Source: an uncultured delta proteobacterium (GTDB taxonomy: Bacteria > Desulfobacterota > Zymogenia > Zymogenales > Zymogenaceae). From it: 64,000 nt of DNA. The position numbers were made by a program, and so were the translations under genes. Positions 40,327 through 51,112 of this stretch are shown here, piece after piece (positions within the stretch are counted from its first letter, which is position 1; each line of letters begins with the position of its first letter). The notes beneath the pieces were generated by a model. The model ran no database searches and was not told the origin of the DNA. It saw only the letters and a list, made by a program, of their open reading frames with translations. The stretch covers positions 1 to 64,000 of the forward strand of contig CAWBYW010000013.1 in NCBI GenBank assembly GCA_963792965.1, in the 5' to 3' direction.

Positions 40327-42172
40327 TTAGAACGCGAAGCTCTCGTCGGCGATCTCGATGTAGCCGTCTTCCTCGGACTTCAGCTGCTTTGCCTTTCCCT
40401 TGACGCGGAGCAGGAGGCTGCCGAGGTAGTATTTGGCCGCGTTGACCTTTCCGGCGTAGAACGCGGTCTCATGCGTTGTCGGCCACCTTCGCCTTGAGTG
40501 CATCACCCTTGAGCCCGCCGAGCTTCGGGTAGGCGATGGTCATCTGCCAGAGGAGCTGCCAGCCCATAACGACGTCGCCCGCCATCTCCATGAGGGGCAC
40601 GGCGTTGCCGAAGATGACCCCCATCTTTCCCTTCCCCATCAGGGTCTGCTGGTAGGCCACGGCCTCCTCGAGGTCCTCCATCGACTCTTTGACGTTGTGG
40701 GCGTAGTCCTTCAGGTCGGCGATCTTGCTTGCTGTGTCGACGATCTTCTTGACCTCTTCCTTGAAGAAGCCGAAGTTCACCAGGCCGTTCAGGAGCATCT
40801 TCCGGAACATGAAGTCCATCGCCTGGATGCCGTTGGTGCCCTCGTAGAGGGATGCGATCTTACAATCCCGGGCGTACTGCTCGACGGGATAGTCTCGCGT
40901 GAAGCCGTAGCCGCCGTAGACCTGGATCGCCTGGCCGGTGATGTCCCACACCATGTCGGTCTGGTAGCCCTTGCAGATCGGGATCAGGAGGTCCAAAAGC
41001 CCCTGCCAACGGTCTTTCTCCTTACCCTCGGTGGTCTCGACGTTGTCGATGCAGTAGCCCATGTAATACTGGAGCCCGCGCATCCCCTCGACGTAGGCCT
41101 TCATACGGACGAGCATCCGGCGCACGTCCGGGTGCTGGATGATCGGGACGCCCTTGCTGTCCTTTTCCTGCATCTTGGTGTAGTGGATGCCCTGGACGCG
41201 CTCCTTGGCGTACTTGACGGCGTGCAGGTAGGCGGCGGAGCTCGTGGACAGGCCCTGGAGACCGACGAACATCCGCTCTTCGTTCATCATCATGAACATG
41301 ATCTTCATGCCCTTCATACGGTCGCCGAGCAGGTAGCCCACGCACTTGCCGTTGTCGCCGAAGACCAGCTGCGTCGTGGGGGAGCCGTGGATGCCCATCT
41401 TCTCCTCGATGCCGGCGCAGTACATGTCATTGCGCTCGCCGGGGGTGCCGTCGGCCTTGGGGAGGAACTTGGGGACGATGAAGATCGAGATGCCCTTGGT
41501 TCCCGGCGGGTCGCCCTCGATCCGGGCCAGCACCATGTGGATGATATTCTCGGAGAGGTCATGCTCGCCGGAGGTGATGAAGGTCTTATTGCCGACGATG
41601 GACCAAGTTCCGTCGGGGTTTGCGGTGGCCTTCGTCTTGAGCGCCCCGACCTCCGAGCCGGCCCCGGGCTCGGTAAGGCACATGGTGCCCAGCCACTGCC
41701 CCTCGTACATCTTACCGAGGTACATGTTCTTCTGCTCTTCGGTGCCGAAGACCTCGATCATCCGGGCGGCGCCGTGTGAGAGACCCGGGAACGCGATGAA
41801 GGCGAAGTTGGAGCCGACGAATATTTCCATGCACGACATATAGAGGGAATAGGGCAGGCCCTGTCCGCCGACCTCGGGGCTCTCGGCCATGGCGATCCAG
41901 CCGCCGGCCTTGTAGGCCTCCAGCGCCTTCTTGAAGCTCGGCGGGGTCGTAACGGTCTTGGTCTTCGGGTCGTAGACCGCCCCGATTTTGTCGCTCTCGA
42001 CGTAGGTCGGCTCGATGTAGTTGACGGCCATCTTCTCGGCCTCGTCGAGCACCATCTGGAAGACGTCTTTCGAGTGGTCCTTGTATTTCGGCCGCTCGCA
42101 GAGCTTTTCGATGCCGAGCTGCTCGTAGAGGACGAAACGGGCATCCCGCATATCCATGATAAGGTTAGTCAT
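40327..42172 (-). CDS. Acyl-CoA dehydrogenase (FadE5/DmdC-like; frameshift near 40470)
   Basis: GTMCLTEPGAGS, GTKGISIF, EEKMGIHGSPT, QVYGGYGF and YEGTNGIQA; the tail ETAFYAGKVNAAKYY lies in a shifted frame. Confidence 0.92.
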
Positions 42173-42279
42173 CTCTCATTCTCCCCTAAAATTAGTATAT
42201 TTTTCGGTATTGCGTTAGGCATCAATCAGGCACCCTGTTTCTTGTGTCCGCTTGCTCTCCGCGTGGGTGCAGTGGGTTA

Positions 42280-42340
42280 TGAATGAATAGTCATTCACCC
42301 TCACCTGATATTTCCTATCATCTGGGGGGGAAGATGTCAA
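42280..42340 (-). promoter_or_regulatory. FadR(YsiA)-like operator and promoter of the acyl-CoA dehydrogenase gene
   Basis: TGAATGA-atag-TCATTCA (42280-42297); minus strand TTGACA-17-TAGGAA upstream of it. Confidence 0.7.
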
Positions 42341-42486
42341 GAAAATTATTCACGTTCAGGCCCCGGACGGCGCGCGTGCGGCGTCCGGTGAAACGCCCGG
42401 GCCCGGCGTCCGGCACACGTGAAGATATTTTACCGTCGGTGCATGAGGGACAGAAAAGGGGACCGGCGCTTAATCTCGCGGGGGAA

Positions 42487-42515
42487 TTGACAGGTAACAC
42501 AAGTCATTCTATACT
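42487..42515 (+). promoter_or_regulatory. Strong sigma70-type promoter of the oxidoreductase operon
   Basis: TTGACA-17-TATACT. Confidence 0.75.
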
Positions 42516-42627
42516 AATTATCATACGTTAAATGGTTACGTCTGTAGAGGAGCAAACGGGAGGAGCGCGTCCGATTGTTTTTCCACCGAGCGACAGTGCG
42601 GGATACGTCGCGAAGGCGAGGTTTGCC

Positions 42628-44359
42628 ATGAAGAAAGATTCTATTAAGAAAGATGCCGTGAAGAAAAATGCCATGAAGAGAAATGATATCACCGTCGTGA
42701 TCGGCGGTGAGGCCGGGCAGGGGCTCGTCACCGTCGGGATGCTGTTGTCCAACAGCCTGGTGAAGAGCGGGTACCATATCGTGGTGAACCAGGATTATCA
42801 ATCGCGGGTCCGTGGGGGGCACAACTCGTTTGCCGTGCGCATGTCCCCCGACCCCATCACGGCGCCGGGGGAGTCCATCGACCTCTTGGTCGCGATGGAT
42901 CGGGCCGGCATCGAGATCCATGGCAAGGACCTGAAGGCGGGCGCGCCGATTATCGTCGATGAGGCCTTCAATATTGCGGGCGGCAACTACCTGGTGGTCC
43001 CCTACGAGAAACTGGGCGAGAAGCGCTACGAAAACGTCATCGCCTTCGGCGTGGTCTGCGTCCTCCTCGGGATCGGGCCCGACGTGGCGGCCGCCGCCAT
43101 CGAGGCCGCCTTCGGGAAAAAGGACGCCGCGGTCTCGGAGCAGAACAGACGGGCGCTGGCCGCCTCGTTTGAGTGGGCACAACAGCAGAAGATATTATTT
43201 CCGAAGCTTTCTCCCGCCACGAACGCGGGCGCGCGCCTCATGATGAACGGCAACGACGCCGTCGCCCTCGGGGCGCTGGCGGCCGGTGTCAGGCTCTGTT
43301 CGTTTTACCCGATGACCCCCTCGACCTCCATTGCTCAGTCGCTTGCCGAGTGGGGAGTTGAGGCGTGCGTCGTCGTCGAGCAGGCGGAGGACGAGATCGC
43401 GGCCATTAACATGGCCGTCGGGGCGTCCTTTACGGGCGCACCCGCCATCGTCCCCACGTCGGGGGGGGGCTTTGCCCTCATGGTCGAGGGGGTGGCGGTC
43501 GCCGGGATGACCGAGACGCCGGTGGTGATCGTGGTGGGCCAGCGCCCCGGGCCGGCCACGGGGCTCCCGACCCGCACCGAACAGGGGGAGCTGATGTTCG
43601 TGATCCACGCCGGACACGGCGAGTTTCCCAAGGCCGTTTTCGCGCCCGGGACGATCGAGGAATGTTTTTCCGTCACAAAGCAGGCCTTCGGCATCGCCGG
43701 CCCGTTACCAGGGGCCGGTCTTTATCCTCACCGATCAGTTCATCGCCGACTCCTACCGGGCGGTGGAGCCGTTCGATCTGGGCGTGGTCGGGGAGGGGGA
43801 AGGGGGTGTCGACCGGGACGCGACCGTCACCCCGTACCGCCGCTATGCTTTCACGGAAAGCGGCCTGTCTCCCCGGCTGCTGCCGGGGGCAACAAAGCAT
43901 CTTGTTGTCGCCGACAGCGACGAGCACTACGAGGACGGCCACATCACCGAGGACCACGGGATCAGGATCAAGATGGTGGAAAAGAGGCTGAAAAAACTCG
44001 AGGGGATCAAAAAAGAAGTCATCGCCCCGGAGTTTACGGGAGACGGCGCGTCCCCCGACCTCTTGCTCGTCTCGTGGGGATCGACAAAGGGCGCGGTCAT
44101 CGAGGCGGCGGACCTGCTTAGAGAAAGAGGGAGGAAGGTCGGGTGCCTCCATTTTTCTCAGGTGTGGCCGCTCATCCCCGAGCAGTTCGCAAAGCGGCTC
44201 ACTCAAGCAAAAGAGACGGTCTGTATCGAGAGCAACGCAACGGGACAATTCGCCGCGCTCATCCGCAGGGAGACGGGCTTTGTGATGTCAAAGAGGGTCC
44301 TGCGCTACGACGGCCTCCCGCTGACGGCTTCCTACATCGTCAAAGGGATAGGCGGGTAA
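42628..44359 (+). CDS. korA: 2-oxoacid:ferredoxin oxidoreductase alpha subunit (frameshift near 43700)
   Basis: GGEAGQG, YQSRVRGGH, YPMTPS, EQAEDEIAA, QRPGPATGLPT and WGSTKG motifs. Confidence 0.88.
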
Positions 44360-44432
44360 GATGGCCGGATGTCGGGAGACGTCCGGCGTCGCAGGGGGGT
44401 GTGCCGACCATCACGGATAGAGAGGAAATACA

Positions 44433-45285
44433 ATGGTTACGATAGACGATTTTGGAACGTACGAAACGGCCTGGTGCCCGGGCTGCGGGAACTTCGGCAT
44501 CCTTGAGGCGGTCAAGAAGGCGCTCGTCTCAAAAGCAGATCGAGCCGCACCGGGTCCTCTTCGTATCGGGGATCGGGCAGGCGGCCAAGGCCCCCCACTA
44601 CCTCAACGCGAATGTCTTCAACGGCCTGCACGGCAGGGGGCTTGCCGTGGCGACGGGGGCCAAGATCGCCAACCCCGAGCTGACGGTGATCACGGAGAGC
44701 GGAGACGGCTGCGTCTACGGCGAGGGGGGGAACCACTTTCTGGCGGCCGTCAGGCGCAACATCGACCTGACGCTCTTGGTTCACAACAACCAGGTCTACG
44801 GCCTCACCAAGGGGCAGGCGAGCCCCACGAGCATCGAGGGCTTTGTCACCAAGGCGCAGCCCCAGGGCGTGGTCTCGATGCCGTTCAACCCGGTCGCCGT
44901 TGCGGTGGCGATGCACGCAAATTTCGTCGCCCGGGGATTTTCCGGTATGATCGACCAGCTGGCGGCTCTGATCGTCGAGGCTATCGATCATCCCGGCTTT
45001 GCGCTCGTCGACATCCTCCAGCCCTGCGTCTCCTTCAATAAGGTCAACACCTTCGCGTGGTACCGGCAGCGGGTCAAGGAGCTGGGGCCGGACTACGATC
45101 CCACAAATTTCGAGGCGGCGATGAAGACCGCCGAGCTTTTCGGGGACACGATCCCGCTCGGCGTTATCTATAAAGACAATCGGCCGACCTTTATAGAGCG
45201 ACAGGCGGCGCTCGCGGCGGGTCCCCTGGTGGGCAGGAAGGTCGATCGTGATACCGTGAAGCGGGCGATGGATCAGTTTCGGTAG
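44433..45285 (+). CDS. korB: 2-oxoacid:ferredoxin oxidoreductase beta subunit (frameshift near 44530)
   Basis: WCPGCGNF, SGIG, LHGR, GDG...NN and QPCVSFN motifs. Confidence 0.88.
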
Positions 45286-45360
45286 GGAGGTCGAGAAAAA
45301 TTCCTCCCCGTCGTCCATAAAGGGCTTGTGCTTGCCTCCGATATTCTGTAAAATACGCCC

Positions 45361-45521
45361 CCGGTGGCCCTCCTTCGCCAAGACGCAGAAGCAGAGTCCT
45401 ATTGTCTGTCGGAGGTATCGACGAGTCGGCATGGCAGGCCGGGCTTTCCCGTTTCGTGCCGGGTCGTGCGGGTCGCCGTCAATAGCGCACTGTGCGAGCC
45501 ATATCTGAAGAGGAGCCTTTC
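45361..45521 (+). ncRNA. Candidate structured 5' leader (cis-regulatory RNA) of the carbonic anhydrase gene
   Basis: Promoter TTGTGC-17-TAAAAT (45326-45354); nested complementary segments across 45392-45507. Confidence 0.45.
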
Positions 45522-46139
45522 ATGATCCATAAGAACGTCGTCACCGATTTTTCGTCGAAGGCCGTATCTCCGGCGGTTGACCCCACTGCCTTCATCCATC
45601 CGCTGGCGGCCGTCATCGGGAACGTCTCGATCGGAAAGCGGGTGATGGTGTCGCCCTTTGCCTCCATCAGGGGCGATGAGGGGCAGCCGCTCGTCGTCGA
45701 TGACGAGGCCAACGTCCAGGACGGCGTCATCATCCATGCGCTCGAGACCGAACACGAAGGGCACGCGATCGGAAAGAACCTCGTCGAGCACGGCGGCACG
45801 AAGTGCGCCGTTTACGTCGGACGGCGCGTGTCGCTGGCCCACCAGTCCCAGATACACGGCCCCGCCTACGTCGGGGACGACACGTTTGTCGGGATGCAGT
45901 CGCTCGTCTTTCGATCACGGGTGGGGACGGGGTGTGTCGTTGAGCCGGGGTGTGTCCTGATGGGGGTGAGCGTGAGCGACGGCCGCTACGTGCCCTGCGG
46001 GACGGCCCTCAAAAGCCAGCAGGAGGCCGACAACCTCCCCCGGATCACCGACGACTATCCGATGAAGGCGCTGAACGCGGGAGTCGTGCACGTCAACACC
46101 AGACTTGCCGACGGCTACAACAAAGAAGGCATTAAATAG
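45522..46139 (+). CDS. Gamma-class carbonic anhydrase (Cam type)
   Basis: Hexapeptide repeats; SIRGDEG, NVQDGVIIHALE, SLAHQSQIHGP, and C-terminal VVHVNTRLADGY. Confidence 0.9.
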   Translation: MIHKNVVTDFSSKAVSPAVDPTAFIHPLAAVIGNVSIGKRVMVSPFASIRGDEGQPLVVDDEANVQDGVIIHALETEHEGHAIGKNLVEHGGTKCAVYVGRRVSLAHQSQIHGPAYVGDDTFVGMQSLVFRSRVGTGCVVEPGCVLMGVSVSDGRYVPCGTALKSQQEADNLPRITDDYPMKALNAGVVHVNTRLADGYNKEGIK

Positions 46140-46168
46140 AAATTACTTTTCCGAGGAAAAGCCTGAAC

Positions 46169-48466
46169 ATGACAGAGAATACCACGAAGGAACAAGAAAC
46201 CAAGACAACCGCCGAGAAAGAGCCCCAGATCGTGCTGGATGAGCAAGAGCTGAGGCGCACGCATATCGTCAAGATCGCCGGCGAGCTCGCGCTAAAGTCC
46301 GGCCAGGTAAGCGCGACCGCCGAGCTCCTGGCCGAGGGCGGGACCGTCCCCTTCATCGCCCGATATCGGAAGGAGGCGACGGGGTCACTGGACGAGGTCG
46401 CCGTCACGAACATCCGCGACCGGCTGGAGCAGCTCTTAGAGCTGGATAAGCGCCGCGCGGCCATCCTCAATTCCCTCATCGAACGTGGGCTCCTCACCGA
46501 CGAGCTGAGAGAAAAGATCATGGCGGCCGAGACGATGGCGGTCCTGGAGGACATTTACCTTCCGTTTCGCCCCAAACGGCGCACCCGGGCCACCATCGCA
46601 AAGGAGAAAGGACTGGAACCTCTGGCGCTGGCGATCCTTGCCCAGGACGACAACCCGCCGCTGGACATCGAGGCCGAGGCGTCGAAGTACCTCAGCGAGG
46701 AAAAGGGCGTCGCCTCGATCGAGGAGGCGCTTTCGGGCGCGCGCGATATCATCGCCGAGACGGTCAGCGAGCATCAACAGGCCCGCGGGATGATCCGCAC
46801 GCTCTTCCTGGAGCAGGGAACCGTTACCTCACGCGTGGCCGACGGTAAAGAGATCGAGGGGGCAAAATACAAAGACTACTTTGACTGGACGGAGCCAGCC
46901 TCGACCGTCCCCTCCCACCGTATCCTGGCGATGATGCGCGGGGAAAAAGAGAAATTCCTTAAATTGACTATCGAGCCACCTGAGGAAGAGGGCGTCAAGA
47001 TCCTTTCGGCCCTCTTCGTGAAAAACAAGACGACGGCGGCCGGCCAGGTCCGGCTTGCGGTCGAGGATGGGTACACGAGGCTGCTCGCCCCCTCCATCGA
47101 GACCGAGACCCGCAACGTCCTCAAGGAGGGCGCGGACGGTGAGGCGATCCGGGTCTTCGCCGCAAACCTCCGCGAGCTGCTCTTGGCCTCTCCTCTCGGC
47201 GAGAAGAGCCTCCTGGCCATCGACCCCGGCTTCCGCACCGGGTGCAAGGTCGTCTGCCTGGACGGCCAGGGAAAGCTCCTGCACTACGAGGCCATCTACC
47301 CCCACACGGGAGGTCAGCGCGCCGAGGAGGCGGGGAAGATCACGGTGGGCCTCGTGGAACGCTTCGGGTCGGAGATCATCGCGATCGGCAACGGGACGGC
47401 AAGCCGCGAGACGGAGGCCTTCGTCAAGGGCCTGACTTTTTCACGCCAGATCCCCGTGGTCGTCGTCAATGAATCGGGCGCGTCGATCTATTCGGCGTCC
47501 GAGGCCGCCCGCGACGAGTTCCCCGACCAAGACGTGACCGTGCGGGGGGCGGTCTCGATCGGGAGGCGGCTGATGGACCCGCTGGCGGAGCTGGTTAAAA
47601 TCGATCCCAAGTCGATCGGGGTGGGGCAGTACCAGCACGACGTTGACCAGGGGGCACTGCGCAAGAGCCTGGACGACGTCGTGATGAGCTGTGTCAACGG
47701 TGTGGGGGTGGACCTCAACACGGCAAGCAAGCAGCTCCTCACCTACGTCTCGGGGCTGGGCCCGAGCCTCGCCTCACGGATCATTACCTATCGTAACACC
47801 AACGGCCCCTTCGGCAGCCGCGACGAGCTCAGGAAGGTGACGGGGCTTGGCCCCAAAGCCTTCGAGCAGGCGGCGGGGTTTTTGCGCATCACCAGCGGGA
47901 ATAACCCGCTCGACAGGAGCGCGGTCCATCCCGAGAGCTACCCGATCGTCGACCGGATGGCCAAGGACCTCGGCTGCTCCGTGGCCGACCTGATGACGAG
48001 CCAGGAGATCAGGAAGAGAATCAAGCTGGACGGCTACGTCAGCGACAAGGTGGGGCTCCCGACCCTTCGAGACATCCTTGCGGAGCTGGCGAAACCGGGT
48101 CGCGACCCGCGGGAGAAGTTCGAGCCCTTCTCGTTTACCGAGGGCGTCAATACGATGGAGGACCTGAGGGTCGGCATGAAGCTGCCCGGCATCGTCACGA
48201 ACGTTGCGGCCTTCGGGGCGTTCGTGGACATCGGCGTGCACCAGGACGGGCTGGTTCACGTCAGCCACCTCGCCGACCGGTTCGTGAAGGACCCGGCCGA
48301 GATCGTGAAGGTCCAGCAGAAGGTCACCGTCACGGTAATCGACGTGGATCTCGCGCGCAAGCGGATATCCCTCTCGCTGAAAAGCGACCCGTTCAGGCGC
48401 CCCGAGGGGTCCGGCCGGGGCGGAGAGGAGAAATCGGCGAGACCCACCGGCGGCGTCAGACGCTGA
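46169..48466 (+). CDS. tex: Tex family RNA-binding transcription accessory protein
   Basis: TVPFIARYRKE, DPGFRTGCK, VGQYQHDV, S1 domain GAFVDIGVHQDGLVH. Confidence 0.95.
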   Translation: MTENTTKEQETKTTAEKEPQIVLDEQELRRTHIVKIAGELALKSGQVSATAELLAEGGTVPFIARYRKEATGSLDEVAVTNIRDRLEQLLELDKRRAAILNSLIERGLLTDELREKIMAAETMAVLEDIYLPFRPKRRTRATIAKEKGLEPLALAILAQDDNPPLDIEAEASKYLSEEKGVASIEEALSGARDIIAETVSEHQQARGMIRTLFLEQGTVTSRVADGKEIEGAKYKDYFDWTEPASTVPSHRILAMMRGEKEKFLKLTIEPPEEEGVKILSALFVKNKTTAAGQVRLAVEDGYTRLLAPSIETETRNVLKEGADGEAIRVFAANLRELLLASPLGEKSLLAIDPGFRTGCKVVCLDGQGKLLHYEAIYPHTGGQRAEEAGKITVGLVERFGSEIIAIGNGTASRETEAFVKGLTFSRQIPVVVVNESGASIYSASEAARDEFPDQDVTVRGAVSIGRRLMDPLAELVKIDPKSIGVGQYQHDVDQGALRKSLDDVVMSCVNGVGVDLNTASKQLLTYVSGLGPSLASRIITYRNTNGPFGSRDELRKVTGLGPKAFEQAAGFLRITSGNNPLDRSAVHPESYPIVDRMAKDLGCSVADLMTSQEIRKRIKLDGYVSDKVGLPTLRDILAELAKPGRDPREKFEPFSFTEGVNTMEDLRVGMKLPGIVTNVAAFGAFVDIGVHQDGLVHVSHLADRFVKDPAEIVKVQQKVTVTVIDVDLARKRISLSLKSDPFRRPEGSGRGGEEKSARPTGGVRR

Positions 48467-48497
48467 GCGCGGACGGGACGTTCTCTGTCATCACGGC

Positions 48498-48526
48498 AGG
48501 GGCGCGACCGAGAGGTCGCGCCCCTT
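48498..48526 (+). terminator. Intrinsic terminator after tex
   Basis: AGGGGCGCGACC-gaga-GGTCGCGCCCCT followed by TATTAT. Confidence 0.75.
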
Positions 48527-48622
48527 ATTATATCGGAATTTCGATCGATTCACGCACCCTTTCAGGCCTCCTTCCATCATAAAATATGAGAGAGAGAATA
48601 GCAGGAAAGGGGGTACACAACC

Positions 48623-49096
48623 ATGTTCGATCAAGGATTAAAAGCACCGGAATTTTGCCTTCCGGACAAAGATAAGCGTGAGGTCTGCCTGTCGGACTTC
48701 ACCGGGAAATGGGTCGTCCTCTACTTCTACCCCGAGGACGAGAGCCCGGGCTGCACGCGCGAGGCGCTCGAATTCAGCCAGGGGAAGAAGGACTTCGAGG
48801 CGCTCAACGCGGCGATCATCGGGATCAGCCCCGATTCGCCGGAGAGCCACCGCGATTTCAGCCAGCGGCACTCGCTGGGCGTCACGCTTCTGTCCGATAG
48901 GGAACACGACGCGCTGGACGAGTACGACGTGTGCAAACTGGAGCGAAAAAACGGAGGCGTGAATCACCGTGTCGATCGGAGCACCTTCCTCATCGACCCG
49001 GAAGGGGCGATCAGACACGTCTGGAGAGACGTGTCTGTCAACAACCATTCCGCCGAGGTCGGTGAAAAGCTGATGGAGCTGGAAGGGATCGCGTAG
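48623..49096 (+). CDS. bcp: Peroxiredoxin, Bcp/PrxQ family
   Basis: VVLYFYP..SPGCTREA, GISPD and RSTFLID motifs. Confidence 0.9.
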   Translation: MFDQGLKAPEFCLPDKDKREVCLSDFTGKWVVLYFYPEDESPGCTREALEFSQGKKDFEALNAAIIGISPDSPESHRDFSQRHSLGVTLLSDREHDALDEYDVCKLERKNGGVNHRVDRSTFLIDPEGAIRHVWRDVSVNNHSAEVGEKLMELEGIA

Positions 49097-49264
49097 AGGT
49101 GGGCGCTGCGTGCCGACCTTCGGTGCACAGGAGTTTTTTGCCGGAGGACGGTGCAGGAGGACTCTCTTGCGTTGACATGGGCGGCCGATGGGTGTCTAAT
49201 GACGTGAAGGTCGCCCGGGGGGCGGGGGCGTACTCTCACGAGTGGAGCATAGGGGCGTCTGACA

Positions 49265-50224
49265 ATGGGAAGAGACGAAGCGGGCGCAGCGGTTGGCGAC
49301 TGGCTCCTTGGGCGAGCCCGTTCGATCGACGCGGCTCCGATTAATTCACTCACGGAATTCAAGGCCCTCCTTGACCGGGAGACGGCTGAGTTTGGTCTCC
49401 CGATAGGGCGGGCAATCGCCGGGGGATTCATCGCAGACCGGGTGGGGTATGCCTTTGCGGCGGGCTACGAGGCGGCGCTGAGAAGGCTCGTGCCCGATTT
49501 GCCACGCGAATCGATCGTCGCGTTTTGCGTCACGGAAGAGGGGGGAGGACATCCGCGGGCGATCAGGACGAGCCTTACCGCACGGGAGGGCGACAAGAGC
49601 GCGTTGTCGTGGTCGCTCTCGGGCTCAAAGCGTTTCGTGACCTGCGCGAATGAGGCCGATGTGCTGTTGGTGGCCGCGTCACGGGGGACCGGGCCCGACG
49701 GTAAGAACCTAATATCGATGGTCAGGGTACGGCGTGACGCCCCGAGGCTTACGATTACCCCGATGACCGATCTTCCCTTCGTCCCCGAGATCAGCCACGG
49801 CGTCGTGACCCTGTCGGATGTGCCCGTTTTTGAGGGCGAGATCCTTGCCGGCGACGGGTACACCGACTACATCAAGCCGTTTCGCACGATCGAGGATCTG
49901 CACGTCTTCGGGGCGATCGCGGGTTACCTCTTTCGCATCGCCTCTCTCTTTTCGTGGCCGCACGAGGCCATAGAGGAGCTGCTGACAATGACCAGCGCCA
50001 TCGGGGCGCTGGCGCAACAGGAGCCGCTTCATCCCTCGGTCCATATCGCGCTCGGGGGGCTCAAGACCCTCTTCGATCGGTTTCTGGCCGAGACAGAGCC
50101 CCTCTGGGGCCGGGTCGACGAAGAGACGAGGTCTCGATGGCTTCGCGACCGGCAGCTCCTCACCGTCGCCGGGAAGGCCCGGGAGGCGCGGCTTTCCGCC
50201 GCATGGGCGCACTATGGTTTTTGA
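49265..50224 (+). CDS. Divergent acyl-CoA dehydrogenase family protein
   Basis: AFCVTEEGG, LSGSKRFVT, and GDGYTDYIKPFRTIEDLHV. Confidence 0.75.
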   Translation: MGRDEAGAAVGDWLLGRARSIDAAPINSLTEFKALLDRETAEFGLPIGRAIAGGFIADRVGYAFAAGYEAALRRLVPDLPRESIVAFCVTEEGGGHPRAIRTSLTAREGDKSALSWSLSGSKRFVTCANEADVLLVAASRGTGPDGKNLISMVRVRRDAPRLTITPMTDLPFVPEISHGVVTLSDVPVFEGEILAGDGYTDYIKPFRTIEDLHVFGAIAGYLFRIASLFSWPHEAIEELLTMTSAIGALAQQEPLHPSVHIALGGLKTLFDRFLAETEPLWGRVDEETRSRWLRDRQLLTVAGKAREARLSAAWAHYGF

Positions 50225-50269
50225 CGGCGGGCCCTCGCTCGCATCATGCGCCCCGGTGAGAAGTGCTCG

Positions 50270-51112
50270 TCACTTCAGCTCATCGGGCTTCTCGATGACT
50301 ATCCCGTGACGCTTCCTGAACTCCCTGAATCCGTAGACCTTTTTCCCGAAATACGTCATGTCCACGGCGCCGGCCGGGCAGTTGTTGACGCAGCCGAAGC
50401 AAGCGGTGCATCGCTTCGTGTCAAGCGAGAAGGTGGAAAGGTCTATGGCCCCCACGGGGCAGCCCTTTTGGCAGACGCCGCATTTTGTGCAGGCGTCGGG
50501 GTCGATCCGGTGTCTGCCGACGAAGAGCTTGGTGAAGGCGATGCCCGGGCCGCCCTTCAGAAAATCCAAGGCATAAAATTCTCGTCCGGGCGTCACCGAA
50601 GTCCCCTCCCGGGCGCGCATGAGCACGGCCTCGGCGAATTCCCTCACTCGCCTGAAGGTCTCCCGATTGGGACGGTCCCGATACTTGAGGATTCGCTTTT
50701 CGTTCCCGATAGACCAGTACGGCGAAAAGCTCGACATGTTGCCGAACTTCTCTATTCCTACGCCCACGCCTCCCCTGTCCGTAAAGAGCCGCAAAAGCGC
50801 GCGGGCGGTGTTGTGCTGATTGCCGCCCTCTCCTCCGAAGGTGGCAAAGGCCGCCACCGGGATGCCGTCCAGCCGGGGCGCGGCCTCGAGCTTCCTGATG
50901 ACGTTTGATGGAACGTCATAATAGAAGACCGGCGTGCCCGCCATGATGAGGTCGAAGGAAGGCAGCGTATCGACGTTGAAGTCTCTGACGTCGAAGCTCG
51001 TCACCGTGAGGCCGGCTCTTTTCCATACGGCGGCGACGAGCCGCCCGTAAAGCCTCGTGTGGCCCGTCTGGCTGTAGGTAAGGACGAGGGCCTTTTGGGG
51101 ATTCTGTTTCAT
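50270..51112 (-). CDS. EFR1-family flavodoxin-ferredoxin fusion protein
   Basis: YSQTGHT, GTPVF, and two CxxCxxCxxxCP motifs. Confidence 0.85.
   Translation of the reverse strand: MKQNPQKALVLTYSQTGHTRLYGRLVAAVWKRAGLTVTSFDVRDFNVDTLPSFDLIMAGTPVFYYDVPSNVIRKLEAAPRLDGIPVAAFATFGGEGGNQHNTARALLRLFTDRGGVGVGIEKFGNMSSFSPYWSIGNEKRILKYRDRPNRETFRRVREFAEAVLMRAREGTSVTPGREFYALDFLKGGPGIAFTKLFVGRHRIDPDACTKCGVCQKGCPVGAIDLSTFSLDTKRCTACFGCVNNCPAGAVDMTYFGKKVYGFREFRKRHGIVIEKPDELK

Noticed and set aside
40465-40475. TGA in the acyl-CoA dehydrogenase as selenocysteine read-through
   Set aside because: The conserved C-terminus continues in a different frame, so it is a frameshift.
42509-42523. CTATACTAATTATCA as a Fur/PerR box
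   Set aside because: Partial match overlapping an AT-rich -10 box, single copy; too weak to call.
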